A DNA stretch of 64,000 bases. It comes from Candidatus Methanoperedenaceae archaeon. GTDB lineage: Archaea; Halobacteriota; Methanosarcinia; Methanosarcinales; Methanoperedenaceae. The translations under genes were made by a program, and so were the position numbers. Positions 28,106-38,290 of this stretch are shown here, piece after piece. Numbering within the stretch: position 1 is the stretch's first letter; every line of letters starts with the position of its first letter. The notes beneath the pieces are model-generated. The model was not told the origin of the DNA, made no database searches, and saw only the letters and a list, made by a program, of their open reading frames with translations. Where the stretch lies: the NCBI GenBank assembly GCA_963753595.1, contig CAVWCX010000036.1, forward strand, positions 1 through 64,000. Reading direction: 5' to 3'.

Positions 28106-29104
28106 ATGTTCAAAATCAGAATAAGTAAATCCATTATCGCTTATGTTTCTATTTTTGTATTTCTCGTTTTAATTTACAGCCTCATGTTTAATTACCTGAT
28201 GCTTAATTATGAAAACAGGCAATATAATTTCATAACCGCAATATACTGGGTAATTGTAAGCATGACAACCGTGGGTTATGGGGATATATATTTCAATTCT
28301 TCAGCAGGGCATTTATTCAGTATTATAGTTTCCTTATCCGGCGTATTTATGATATTCGCTCTTCTTTTCCCGCTGGTCATTACCCTGCAGCTTGAACAGA
28401 TAATTCGAAAAGAACTTCCCAGGAATGTTCCGGTTGATCTTAAGAACCATATAATAATATGTGGATATAACCAGCTTGTTGAAACACTAATTGTAGAACT
28501 TGAAGAATACAGGATACCATTTATGGTAATAGATGAAACTGAAAAAAATATCCACAATTTGATATCGAGAAAAATATTCTGTGTTCATGGGGATGCATCT
28601 GATGATAATATTCTTTTGAATTCAAATATCTGCTCCGGCCGCATACTAATAGCGAACCATAATGATGAAAAAAATGCCTCTATAATCCTGACAGCAAAGG
28701 AATTGTGTGATATCAAAGTAATTTCACTTGTTGAAGATGTCGCTAAAACCGTTTATCTGAAATATGCAGGCGCTGACCAGGTAATTTCACCTAAAACATT
28801 ATTCGGAACTTATATAGGAAGAAAAGCAATTGACCCGCTCACAGACCACCTTGCAGGAGCTACGCGATTTTTTGAAGATTTGAATATAGTGGAATTCCCT
28901 ATCTATCCCAAAAGCCCCCTGATCTTGAAAAAACTAAAGGATGCAAAAATCCGAACAGGAACTGGGGCAAACATTGTGGGGCTCTGGACAAGCGGCAATT
29001 TATCATTGAATCCCAAGCCCGATGATATGATAAAAGAAAGTTCCGTTCTTCTGGCAGTAGGTACTGAAAAACAGCTTGAATCATTGAAAAAACTGACACG
29101 GTGA
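28106..29104 (+). CDS. Potassium channel with RCK (TrkA-N/TrkA-C) domains
   Basis: Selectivity filter TTVGYGD; HIIICGY; GADQVISP; TrkA-C domain. Confidence 0.92.
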   Translation: MFKIRISKSIIAYVSIFVFLVLIYSLMFNYLMLNYENRQYNFITAIYWVIVSMTTVGYGDIYFNSSAGHLFSIIVSLSGVFMIFALLFPLVITLQLEQIIRKELPRNVPVDLKNHIIICGYNQLVETLIVELEEYRIPFMVIDETEKNIHNLISRKIFCVHGDASDDNILLNSNICSGRILIANHNDEKNASIILTAKELCDIKVISLVEDVAKTVYLKYAGADQVISPKTLFGTYIGRKAIDPLTDHLAGATRFFEDLNIVEFPIYPKSPLILKKLKDAKIRTGTGANIVGLWTSGNLSLNPKPDDMIKESSVLLAVGTEKQLESLKKLTR

Positions 29105-29760
29105 CCATGAGAAAGCATATTATACTTATCGGATATGGCGATGTGGGACGCAGTATAGCGGAAGTACTTGAAAAAGCGCATGTTTTTTATGTTGTAATTG
29201 ATACGAACGAAGCAAAATTGAAAGATAAAGGATTTGAATACCATATCGGGAATGGCACGGATGAAGAAATATTACGAAAAGCAGGGCTAACAAGTGCTTC
29301 GACTGTAATTATTGCCTTAAACAATGATGATGATATTATTTTTACAACACTTATTGCCAGGAATGTTAACCCTCACAGTATTATACTTGCAAGGGCAAAT
29401 TCTACAAAATCGATCGACAAGATATACAGGGCGGGTGCAGATTATGTTGCTTCCCTATCCATAGTTGCAGGCCAGATGCTGGCGCATATCGCTCTCGGGC
29501 ATGAGGAAGATAGCATTTTGATGCTCCAGGGCCTTGAAATTGGAAAATATCAAATAACCCCGGGATCGCCCCTTGCAGGAAAAAGCATTGCCGATGAAGG
29601 TATTCGTTCAAAAATAGGCTGCACTGTCATCGGGATAGAAGAGAAGGGAAAGACAACAACTGATATTGATCCTTCGATCATCCTGGGAGAAGGAATGACT
29701 CTTGCTATTATCGGGAACAGTGACCAGATCTCAAAGTTCAAGAAAGAGTATGAGAGATAA
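29101..29760 (+). CDS. Stand-alone TrkA/RCK regulatory subunit
   Basis: HIILIGYGDVG Rossmann motif, AGADYV, TrkA-C domain; alternative ATG at 29107. Confidence 0.9.
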   Translation: MTMRKHIILIGYGDVGRSIAEVLEKAHVFYVVIDTNEAKLKDKGFEYHIGNGTDEEILRKAGLTSASTVIIALNNDDDIIFTTLIARNVNPHSIILARANSTKSIDKIYRAGADYVASLSIVAGQMLAHIALGHEEDSILMLQGLEIGKYQITPGSPLAGKSIADEGIRSKIGCTVIGIEEKGKTTTDIDPSIILGEGMTLAIIGNSDQISKFKKEYER

Positions 29761-30453
29761 TTACCTCATCATCTGCGGGCTCTTTGGCAATGGCTTTACT
29801 TTGGATGCAGCTTCCCAGTCCGCTTCATAAATATGCAGTGAGTTACAGAAATCCACAACCTTTACGAGTTTGAGGCTATTGGGCTCCAGCACTTCCCTTC
29901 TGATCATTGTAACCAGACCCACCATATTGCTGTTCCAGGCGGCAAAAAGATCCCGCGAGCGCCACATGCAGTGCATTTCAGCATTTCCTTCACCAATTAC
30001 TCTTACCCAGAGTCTCTGGAGGCAGGGCTGGTCTTCCGGCACGAAAAGATCACGCTCCGGTATCCATGTGATCGCCTGGCGCCTTCTTGAAACACCTTTG
30101 GGCAAAAGGTCTTTTATTGCTTTTAGCTGGTCAACATCCTTGCCGCGCGATGGATAATTTATCAGCCGATCCATGTAATTATATTCAAAACCCTGTTTTT
30201 TCCAGTCATAATCCCTCTCCCACTGCCGCAGATATTCTTTCACATGCAATTCCTTTGTAGGGAACTGTGGATGCAGCATGGGTTCAGCAAAAGGCTCCCG
30301 GATTTCCATCACAGAACAAATATCCTTTGACATGGGACCATATTCTGTTTTTATCTCCATGCCGTTCTTAATAACAAAATTAACAGCCTGTGCCCATGCA
30401 TCGGCAAGACCATATGCCTGGATGAGGTTTGTGGGTGGATATCTCATGCTCAT
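29761..30453 (-). CDS. thyA: Archaeal-type thymidylate synthase
   Basis: Y.Y.DRL, SRR, PCLQ (catalytic Cys), RSRD...N, SLHIYE. Confidence 0.85.
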   Translation of the reverse strand: MSMRYPPTNLIQAYGLADAWAQAVNFVIKNGMEIKTEYGPMSKDICSVMEIREPFAEPMLHPQFPTKELHVKEYLRQWERDYDWKKQGFEYNYMDRLINYPSRGKDVDQLKAIKDLLPKGVSRRRQAITWIPERDLFVPEDQPCLQRLWVRVIGEGNAEMHCMWRSRDLFAAWNSNMVGLVTMIRREVLEPNSLKLVKVVDFCNSLHIYEADWEAASKVKPLPKSPQMMR

Positions 30454-30488
30454 CTATATTTCATGAATGTGATATTAGGTTTGCGCTA

Positions 30489-30713
30489 TCACTTCACTTC
30501 AAACGGCTCTTCCTTAACCCCCCCATTCTCCTCTACCAATTGCTCCACCTTCTGCTGCGCACTTTTTAACTTCGTATTGCACTCCCTCACAAGCTTAATC
30601 CCTTTCTCGAAAAGCATCAGGCTCTCATCCAGGGAAAGCTGTCCTTTTTCAAGTTTATCCACTATTCCCTCAAGCTCTGTAAGTGATTCCTCAAAACTCA
30701 TTTCCATTTGCAT
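30489..30713 (-). CDS. xseB: Exodeoxyribonuclease VII small subunit
   Basis: [34 protein letters not shown]...C...L..AQQKV. Confidence 0.95.
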   Translation of the reverse strand: MQMEMSFEESLTELEGIVDKLEKGQLSLDESLMLFEKGIKLVRECNTKLKSAQQKVEQLVEENGGVKEEPFEVK

Positions 30714-31915
30714 TCCTCTTTATCATTAACTTTGCATATTATTTTTCCATCGCTCACAATTATCGAAACCTCATCGGATTTTTCAACATCCCCTATGCAT
30801 TGCACAAGTGTTTTCCCGGGCAGTTTCAATGTAATGCTGTAGCCTCTTGAAAGAGTTCCAAGCGGGCTTACTGCATCAAGTTTTCCTGCGTGGGCATTCA
30901 AAAGAGCAAGCTTTACATCAATAAGCCGTGCCATACTTATTGTCTGCCTCCGGGTGAGGTCATCAATAAACTGGATGTGCTGGGTCAATCGGTCAATAAA
31001 CAGATGTGGAGCTACACCATCTTCCAGATCAGAAAGATGGGACTTCATGTCGCCAACAAATCGTTTCTGGTTCTCGATCAACCTGTGTCTTAGCCTTGAT
31101 ATATGATTTGTTAATTCCTGGCAGTCAGGGACTGCAATTTCAGCAGCAGCCGATGGCGTCGGAGCGCGGATATCAGCCACAAAATCAGCTATCGTAAAGT
31201 CGGTCTCATGTCCTACTGCTGAAATGATCGGGATCCTTGAATTAAAAATTGCACGCGCCACAGCTTCTTCATTAAAAGCCCAGAGGTCTTCTATAGATCC
31301 ACCACCTCTTCCCAGGATGATTAGGTCCACATCTGTCTTATTTAGCGCATCAATTGACCTGACAATGCTTTGCCCCGCGTTGTCACCCTGAACCACTGTC
31401 GGGATAAAAAGAATATTGACCGGATATCTCCTTCCAAGTACCGTGAGAATATCATGAAGAACAGCGCCAGTGGGCGATGTTGCCACACCGATCTTTTTCG
31501 GGAACCTGGGAAGCGTCTTCTTATGGTCGGGTGAAAAAAGTCCCTCCATGGCAAGTTTATTCTTCAATTGCTCATATGCTTTGTAGAGTTCCCCGATACC
31601 ATCAGGCCGGATATCCCTGGCCTTTAACTGGTAAACACCTTTTTGCTCATAAACATCCAGGTCCCCGAAAACAATGACCTTCATGCCATGTTCAAGTTCG
31701 AATTTGAGGTTTTTTCCATACCATTTGAACATGACACACTGCAACTGGCTGTTTTTATCCTTCAATGTAAAATAACGATGACCTGAGCTGTGGTTCGTAC
31801 AATTTGATATTTCCCCGCGGATCCAGGTATCATTGAATTGGCCCTGGGTAAGAACACTCTTTACCGCCAGTGTGAATTCGTGTACTGTATAGATCCCTTT
31901 AGTTTCAATACCCAT
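30698..31915 (-). CDS. xseA: Exodeoxyribonuclease VII large subunit
   Basis: [45 protein letters not shown]. Confidence 0.96.
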   Translation of the reverse strand: MGIETKGIYTVHEFTLAVKSVLTQGQFNDTWIRGEISNCTNHSSGHRYFTLKDKNSQLQCVMFKWYGKNLKFELEHGMKVIVFGDLDVYEQKGVYQLKARDIRPDGIGELYKAYEQLKNKLAMEGLFSPDHKKTLPRFPKKIGVATSPTGAVLHDILTVLGRRYPVNILFIPTVVQGDNAGQSIVRSIDALNKTDVDLIILGRGGGSIEDLWAFNEEAVARAIFNSRIPIISAVGHETDFTIADFVADIRAPTPSAAAEIAVPDCQELTNHISRLRHRLIENQKRFVGDMKSHLSDLEDGVAPHLFIDRLTQHIQFIDDLTRRQTISMARLIDVKLALLNAHAGKLDAVSPLGTLSRGYSITLKLPGKTLVQCIGDVEKSDEVSIIVSDGKIICKVNDKEECKWK

Positions 31916-31969
31916 GCTTCCAGATTGATCCTTTAACTTATCTGTTTTTCGATAGCGGTGTGAAAGTGA

Positions 31970-32428
31970 TCATCCGGAAATGTAACTTTCAAGAGGTATC
32001 ACATTTTGAAGCTCTTCTTTTGATATTACAGCTTCTGAAAGTACACTTTCCCTTATATGTACAGGGGCGCCGCATCGAAGAGCTATCGCTATACAGTCGC
32101 TTGGTCTTGCATCCAGTTCAAAATGCTTTCCATCCATGGAAAATGATATCCTTGCATAATAAACTCCTTCATTTAATTCATCTATCAGGATATCGTCAAC
32201 CTTTGAATCAAGGCGCGTTAGTAAAGAGACAAAAAGGTCATGGGTCATGGGCCTTGGTGGTATTTCATGATTAAGAGCGGAATTTATGGAAATCGCCTCA
32301 GATATTCCGATATATATTGGCATCAGGCGTTTTGCATCGTCTTCCAGCAATACGATCGGAACCGGGCCTGGAGCTTTCTCAATAAGAAATACACCTTTTA
32401 TGGTTACTTGTAAAGTAGTTCCGTTTAT
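31970..32428 (-). CDS. Bifunctional nuclease (DUF151) family protein; start uncertain
   Basis: PIYIG..EA.SI, PPRPMTHDL, DARPSD.IAIALR; conserved N-terminal strand extends 26 codons upstream of TTG 32350 to an ATA at 32428. Confidence 0.85.
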   Translation of the reverse strand: MNGTTLQVTIKGVFLIEKAPGPVPIVLLEDDAKRLMPIYIGISEAISINSALNHEIPPRPMTHDLFVSLLTRLDSKVDDILIDELNEGVYYARISFSMDGKHFELDARPSDCIAIALRCGAPVHIRESVLSEAVISKEELQNVIPLESYISG

Positions 32429-32492
32429 TAAGATAATATTAATAAGCGGGGTAATAAGTTTTCCGATGGGAAAAACCGCTCATTAGTTTTAT

Positions 32493-33407
32493 CTAAAAAT
32501 ATCCTCCAAATATCTTTGAGCCAGCGATCAGGCTTCCCACTACATATCCCAGGATAACTCCTCCGTTCAGGAAAGGAAGGCCTGCCTGGGGTTTGCCTTT
32601 CATAACTAATACCATAAGTACCAAAAATCCCAGGAATGTTCCAAGGATGGCGCCAATTGCCGGTATATTTACAGCGCCAATGAGCGGGATTGAATAGAAA
32701 GAAGTCTCTGTTATAAAAACGTTTGCTGAAACAACAAGCAAAGTCGGCATAACAGCATCCCCCAGGCCCATGAAGAAGGCTTCGCGGTCTTCTTTATCGA
32801 ATTTCTCAGACATAAATGAATAATTCCAGTGCTTCGGGATCACAAGGAGTATGGGAAGTCTTAAGTCCATAACGCCTTCTGCGAGAGCCACCATGTGTTT
32901 TGTCTGGTAAACCGCAATATAATCATAAACAAGCAGCACAATAAGTAAGAGGATCACAGGCACGATATTAAGGGATATCCCGAAAATCGAAGCAGAACCG
33001 GCTCCAAGTATCACGCCCACTATGTCAATTACATACCATTCAGGGAATTTATACAAAATAACAGTAAGGGCAGCGGAGATTATAATGGTCAAGATAAGAT
33101 TCGTATCTGGTGCAATTGGGAACATTGAAAAAATCGCATAGAACACATACGCTAAAGTCCATCCTACCGTTATCAGTATAAAAGCCTGGATAATCCATTT
33201 TTTATTCAATTTTATTACAAGAAAAATGAATGCAGTGAAAATAAGAATTATTGCGACCCAGACGAAAACGTTTCCTGTATCGTTTGGATTTTCAAATGCC
33301 TTGAAGTTATTAGCCTCAAGGGGTTTGCTCAAAGCGATGGCGATAAGCTGCACAAGGAGCAGCATGAATGCCATGCCAATTATCGGGATATATTTATCAA
33401 GCTTCAA
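32493..33407 (-). CDS. Presenilin-family intramembrane aspartyl protease (PSH-like)
   Basis: YDYIAVY.TKHM, MGLGD, KPQAGLP. Confidence 0.93.
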   Translation of the reverse strand: MKLDKYIPIIGMAFMLLLVQLIAIALSKPLEANNFKAFENPNDTGNVFVWVAIILIFTAFIFLVIKLNKKWIIQAFILITVGWTLAYVFYAIFSMFPIAPDTNLILTIIISAALTVILYKFPEWYVIDIVGVILGAGSASIFGISLNIVPVILLLIVLLVYDYIAVYQTKHMVALAEGVMDLRLPILLVIPKHWNYSFMSEKFDKEDREAFFMGLGDAVMPTLLVVSANVFITETSFYSIPLIGAVNIPAIGAILGTFLGFLVLMVLVMKGKPQAGLPFLNGGVILGYVVGSLIAGSKIFGGYF

Positions 33408-33539
33408 ATTAATCTCCGCTTATAATAAGATGGATTGTTTTTAAAAGTTTGCTAAAAGTTATTGGCATGGGGTAAAAAGCAACTTTTTTATTTAATTACA
33501 CCTTATTTATCTTGGTTCATCCCAAAAGGAAAAAGCTTA

Positions 33540-34837
33540 GGGATTGCCGAAAAATAACTTATCTAAATTAATTCCCTTCCTCTTTTGGGGAAAGAGAATA
33601 ATTCCATTTTGGGTGTAAAGAATGGTATTCTATCTTCAATCTTGCCATATCTTCATCAGAGAATTTAACTCCTTTATTATATTCCTTTTCATCTAATAGC
33701 GATGCCACAGTAAGACCTTTGTTTGTCTTTGTGCCACTGATCAGTTCAATAATTGTTTCAAAACTAACGAGCGGTTTCCCCTTCCAATTCATTGTAATGA
33801 ATGAGAACATGCGATGTTCTATCTTGTTCCATTTGCTTGTCCCAGGAGGGTAATGGCATACGGTAATAGGTATTTTTATTTGGTTCACCAATTCTTGTAA
33901 ATGAAATTTCCAGCCTTTATTGCGACTTCCATTGCTCCCCCCACCATCTGCACATATCATCAGACCTTTTGCATCTGGATAATTATTTCTTCCAAACATA
34001 AGCCACCATTGCCTTATGCTTTCAACGGCAAATTCGGACGTATCATAACTCATTCCCACATTTACCATTCCTTCATTTCTCTTAAGATCATAAATCCCAT
34101 ATGGTGTCGCCCTTCCAATCCCAAGTGAAGGAAAATCATACACATTTACTTCTTTTGCCTTGCCTTTTTTCTCCCATGTTCTTCCAGGATTTTTGAATTC
34201 TCCTACATTTTCTTTCTTTTTTGCATCAACTGATATTACGGGATACTCCTGATTTATAAATTCTTTAGCTTTTTCGTTTATATACCTGAACTGGGCATCT
34301 CTTTCGGGAACTGAAGAACCTTCGATGTTTTTCTTATTGGCCTGAAGCGAGTAATCGTTTTCCTTCAATAAACGTCCTACTGTATCTGGATCGATTTTAT
34401 GTTTTAGCTTTTTCAATTCATCAGCGATCTTGTAGGTTGATTTGTTTGTCCATTTCAGCAGGCTCATTGGGTCGCCTGAGGTGTTTTCATCCATTATTTT
34501 TTCAAGATCTCCAATTATTTCGGGATCTTTTATTTCTACCTTTTTTCTTCCTCCTCCAAGTGCTCGAAGTCTTTCTGGAGGTTTAAGTTTCTCTGACGTT
34601 TTGAGTTCCTCTATCCCTTTATGGATAGTCGAATGGGACATGCCTGTTAATTCTTCAACTTTTGAGACTCCACCCCACCCAATTTCAAGTGCTATGGCTC
34701 CTGCAAAACGTCTTGCTTGAACTTCATCCGCTCCTGATAGGGCTTTTAGCCACCATGTGTACTCCTTGTTAGTATCCATGCCACTATATATGATGGCTTA
34801 GATTATATAATTTACTAATTTATTTTTAGGTATTGCC
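33540..34837 (-). mobile_element. ISAzo13-family insertion sequence, apparently intact
   Basis: Imperfect TIRs GGGATTGCCGAAAAATAA / GGCAATACCTAAAAATAA (reverse complement); TTA duplicated at 33537-33539 and 34838-34840. Confidence 0.88.
33568..34779 (-). CDS. ISAzo13-family DDE transposase
   Basis: GDPMSLLKWT.KS, YSLQAN.K, RDAQF, ISVDAKKKE, ADGGGSN, HYPPGTSKWNKIEHRMFS. Confidence 0.96.
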   Translation of the reverse strand: MDTNKEYTWWLKALSGADEVQARRFAGAIALEIGWGGVSKVEELTGMSHSTIHKGIEELKTSEKLKPPERLRALGGGRKKVEIKDPEIIGDLEKIMDENTSGDPMSLLKWTNKSTYKIADELKKLKHKIDPDTVGRLLKENDYSLQANKKNIEGSSVPERDAQFRYINEKAKEFINQEYPVISVDAKKKENVGEFKNPGRTWEKKGKAKEVNVYDFPSLGIGRATPYGIYDLKRNEGMVNVGMSYDTSEFAVESIRQWWLMFGRNNYPDAKGLMICADGGGSNGSRNKGWKFHLQELVNQIKIPITVCHYPPGTSKWNKIEHRMFSFITMNWKGKPLVSFETIIELISGTKTNKGLTVASLLDEKEYNKGVKFSDEDMARLKIEYHSLHPKWNYSLSPKEEGN

Positions 34838-36477
34838 TTAGGGACTTTGTTTATGTACTCTATATAATCAGGTCCAATTTTTTCTCTTAAGTCTTCTTCT
34901 TCATATTCGGCTATTCGAGACAGGATTAAAGCGAGAATTATTGAATATATCAATCCAATTAATGCGTTCGCAGATAATGCAAGTCCAACGGCCACAATAA
35001 TCCAACCGAGATACAGGGGATGACGAACGAATTTATAGGGACCCTTTACCCTTATTTTGTTCTTGTGGAAAAAAACTTCTTTTATTAGGTAATATATACT
35101 CCAGAGTATAATGAATACTCCAAGGGTGAATATTAGTATTCCAAAAACTTTCAATAGTATTAAAGAAATCGTATTGAAAGATATCAACCAAAAATTATAG
35201 GATATTAACATTAAATAAAAAAATATAATAATTATTATAATAAAAGTTTGAAGCCCAATGATGGCTTTTTTTGAAAAATCACCGAAACGTGAAAAATGTC
35301 TTTTGTATTTAAAGGCTATATACAACATTGCTAATAATCCAGCCATTGAAAATACTATTCCAGCTACAGGTGGTCCACTGGTTCCATCATTGATGTTCTC
35401 TTTATTATCAATGAAATTATTCTGGTCGATAATGCTCTCAGACGAAAACAAATAAATTCCATAATTATTGATGGATAAGGAGTTGTTTTGTAATCTGTTA
35501 TTTATCGATTTGTCGAGATAGATACCATAGTTACTATTCGATATAGCATTGTTTTGAAGCATATTATTTTGCGATGTAAGAAGATAGATTCCATAGTTTT
35601 TATTTGAGTCCGCGTTGTTACCTGAAAGAGTATTTTCACTCGAATCCCACAAATAGACACCCCGGTCATTGCCTGATGCGGTGTTGTTTACGATCATGTT
35701 GTTGTTCGAACCCCAAAGTTCGATGCCGCTCACATGGTTCAATTTAACAATATTATTTATTATCGTATTATTATCACTTATGGAAACAACGTAAATGCCA
35801 ATGTTTCCGTTTGAGTTTGCAGTGTTGTTTGCGATGATATTATTGCTCGAATTCCATAGCCATATACCATCACCGTTAAAAGATACGTTGTTATCAGAAA
35901 TATTACTGTAATCCGTCCCTAATTCAAGAAATATTCCAGCAGCATAATTAGGTAATTCATGACCTGTTGCTCCGGTGACCGTAAGTCCAATTATGTTCAC
36001 ATAATCAGCTGTTACGTAAAATACATAATTTTTAGGGTTTGCTGCAATTACTGTTGTAAAAGCAGATCCATTTTCGGATCGAATCGTCAATCTCTTGTTC
36101 ACATTAATGTTCTCGTAATACGTTCCATCCCTGACGATAATCATATCCCCCTCATTTGAGGAATTAACCGCTTTCTGAATCGTCACGTAATCATCTGGCA
36201 CATGAATCGTTAATGCACTAACTACCATTGCAGAAGCTAAAAAAAACACTAGCGTTAAAATTGTGACCGATGCTATCAAATCAATTTTCGTTTTCATTTT
36301 TTTTTTATTTTTTTCTGTGTCCATTGTTATAAGCCATACAGCAAGTCCTGCGAATGTTCCTATCAAGAGCCAGGATTCACCAGCATCCCTTGCACGGAGA
36401 GCTGCGAATATAAATAATCCTCCCAACCCTTTAATGATTATATTTTTCAGACTATTTTTCACAACACCAATCTCCAA
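34798..36477 (-). CDS. NosD/CASH beta-helix protein fused to ICMT/PEMT-like membrane methyltransferase domain; C-terminus altered by IS
   Basis: VPDDYVTIQKAV..GD.IIV.DGTY.EN and Asn-rich GI.L..S.NN repeats; GPYKFVRHPLYLG...EE.DL....G..Y..Y..KVP. True start may be 36297. Confidence 0.8.
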   Translation of the reverse strand: MEIGVVKNSLKNIIIKGLGGLFIFAALRARDAGESWLLIGTFAGLAVWLITMDTEKNKKKMKTKIDLIASVTILTLVFFLASAMVVSALTIHVPDDYVTIQKAVNSSNEGDMIIVRDGTYYENINVNKRLTIRSENGSAFTTVIAANPKNYVFYVTADYVNIIGLTVTGATGHELPNYAAGIFLELGTDYSNISDNNVSFNGDGIWLWNSSNNIIANNTANSNGNIGIYVVSISDNNTIINNIVKLNHVSGIELWGSNNNMIVNNTASGNDRGVYLWDSSENTLSGNNADSNKNYGIYLLTSQNNMLQNNAISNSNYGIYLDKSINNRLQNNSLSINNYGIYLFSSESIIDQNNFIDNKENINDGTSGPPVAGIVFSMAGLLAMLYIAFKYKRHFSRFGDFSKKAIIGLQTFIIIIIIFFYLMLISYNFWLISFNTISLILLKVFGILIFTLGVFIILWSIYYLIKEVFFHKNKIRVKGPYKFVRHPLYLGWIIVAVGLALSANALIGLIYSIILALILSRIAEYEEEDLREKIGPDYIEYINKVPKAIPKNKLVNYII

Positions 36478-36769
36478 AGTCCAACTAGATTTGTTATTGA
36501 TTTTGTTGATAAGTCAAACCCCTTCCAGATTTTGAAACATAGCCACACAATTTTATTCGAAACCATTTTTACCACCTGTCCGTTAATGAAATAATGCATT
36601 TTTGAGGACTTTTAACAGCCCAAACATTTTATGACGTTTGTGTAAGTAAACCAAGTATAAATAATCTGTGAAACTTTCATTTCCCTTTCATCAACCCCAA
36701 GGTTGACGTTGGATCTATCTATATACAAAGCAACAAACTATTTCTTTTGCGCATCAATATAAGGAGCAG

Positions 36770-37576
36770 ATGATAATAGGAATTCTAGGACCTAAGGGCA
36801 CTTACTCGGAAAAAGCTGCGAAGCAATGGGATGATAAAGCTGATTTAAGATTTTATGATGATATATTTGATACTGTTGATGCTCTTTTGCGAAAAGAAGT
36901 TGATTGCAGCATAGTGCCTATTGAAAATTCCCTTGAAGGCTCGATCACACTCACTCTTGACCTCCTGATGGAACACCAGCTAAAGATCACAGGTGAAGTA
37001 GTAGTCCAGATAAAAAACTGCCTCCTTTCAAAAGGAGATCTTGAGGACATAAAAATAATTATGTCACATCCTCAGCCCTTATCCCAGTGCAGGAAATATA
37101 TTAAGAATAATTTCAAAGGAATCGAAATAAGGTCAGACCTGAGTACATCCCATGCGGCAAAACTTGCATCGGAATCTAAGGAAATCGCTGCAATAGCATC
37201 CGAGGAATCGGCCAGGATGTATGGTTTGAAAATACTGGATGAAAATATACAGGATGAGAAGGAGAATTTCACCCGGTTCATTGTTATAGGGAAAACATCG
37301 CCAGTTCCCACAGGTAATGATAAGACATCTATTATTGTGTATCTTGAGAAAAACAGGTCTGGGGCCCTTTATGAGATACTTGGTGAATTTGCCGGCAGAA
37401 ATATTGATTTAACAAAGATAGAATCGCGCCCAACCAAGAAAGTCCTTGGGGATTACGTTTTCTATATCGATATCAAAGGACACATTGAAGATAAAACCAT
37501 AAAAGAAACGCTCTCAAAAATAAAGAGCAAGGTGGGAATGCTCAAAATACTGGGCTCATATCCGGCTGCAAAATAA
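36770..37576 (+). CDS. pheA: Prephenate dehydratase
   Basis: LGPKGTYSE, VPIENSLEG, SHPQ, NFTRF, ACT domain LTKIESRP. Confidence 0.95.
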   Translation: MIIGILGPKGTYSEKAAKQWDDKADLRFYDDIFDTVDALLRKEVDCSIVPIENSLEGSITLTLDLLMEHQLKITGEVVVQIKNCLLSKGDLEDIKIIMSHPQPLSQCRKYIKNNFKGIEIRSDLSTSHAAKLASESKEIAAIASEESARMYGLKILDENIQDEKENFTRFIVIGKTSPVPTGNDKTSIIVYLEKNRSGALYEILGEFAGRNIDLTKIESRPTKKVLGDYVFYIDIKGHIEDKTIKETLSKIKSKVGMLKILGSYPAAK

Positions 37577-37642
37577 TCAAGGAAAAGTTTTATACCCCTG
37601 CAAATCCATATTTGAGTAGCACCTCAAAAATGAGAGGACTCT

Positions 37643-38290
37643 ATGGATATACAATCTTTGAAAAAACTTGCGCTTCTTGGCGCGCACCAGAAACCCCTGG
37701 AATTATCCTCAATACAATTCGCAGGACACCTCGATTCAAGCCAGCAGACAGCAGCACGAAAGCTCAAGGCTCTTGAAGAGGAAAAGCTCATCTCACGGCA
37801 GTTTTTGCCTGACGGGCAGTTGATCTTGATAACAAAAAACGGGATCGATGCCCTTCAGAGGGAATTGTGTGATTACAACGAGATATTTTCAGGGAATGGA
37901 AACATTAAGATCTTAAGTGGAAAGCTAATTACAGGGCTGGGAGAAGGACAATATTACATTTCACTTGAGGGCTACAGGACACAGTTCCTGGAAAAGCTTG
38001 GTTTTGACCCGTATCCGGGTACGTTGAACATCAAACTTGATGCTAAAAGCATTGATCTTCGTAAGAAAATAACGGAAAACATAAGGATCGCTGGTTTTAC
38101 GGACCAGAACAGGACTTTCGGAAAAGGTTCGTGTTTCAGGATCAGGATTTGCGATATTGAAGGCGCTGTAATAACTCCTGAGCGAACGCATTATCCTGAA
38201 GATATTATTGAAATAATTGCGCCTGTAAACCTGCGAGATCACCTTGACCTGAAAGATGGACATAATGTTAATGTGGAAGTGATAAAATGA
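37643..38290 (+). CDS. ribK: CTP-dependent riboflavin kinase with N-terminal HTH (RbkR-like)
   Basis: SQQTAAR.L..LE HTH; GLGEGQYY, LGFDPYPGTLN, PERTHY, EIIAPVNLR. Confidence 0.93.
   Translation: MDIQSLKKLALLGAHQKPLELSSIQFAGHLDSSQQTAARKLKALEEEKLISRQFLPDGQLILITKNGIDALQRELCDYNEIFSGNGNIKILSGKLITGLGEGQYYISLEGYRTQFLEKLGFDPYPGTLNIKLDAKSIDLRKKITENIRIAGFTDQNRTFGKGSCFRIRICDIEGAVITPERTHYPEDIIEIIAPVNLRDHLDLKDGHNVNVEVIK

Noticed and set aside
36480-36570. Degenerate zinc-finger-like fragment (LCGYVSKSGRGLTY) upstream of the NosD fusion
   Set aside because: Requires several frameshifts; too weak to call a pseudogene by eye.
36656-36675. Fourth copy of the 32 bp promoter motif (tataaataatctgtgaaact)
   Set aside because: Only a partial match and it lacks the distal CA(A/C)ATC box; could be chance similarity of TATA/BRE regions.
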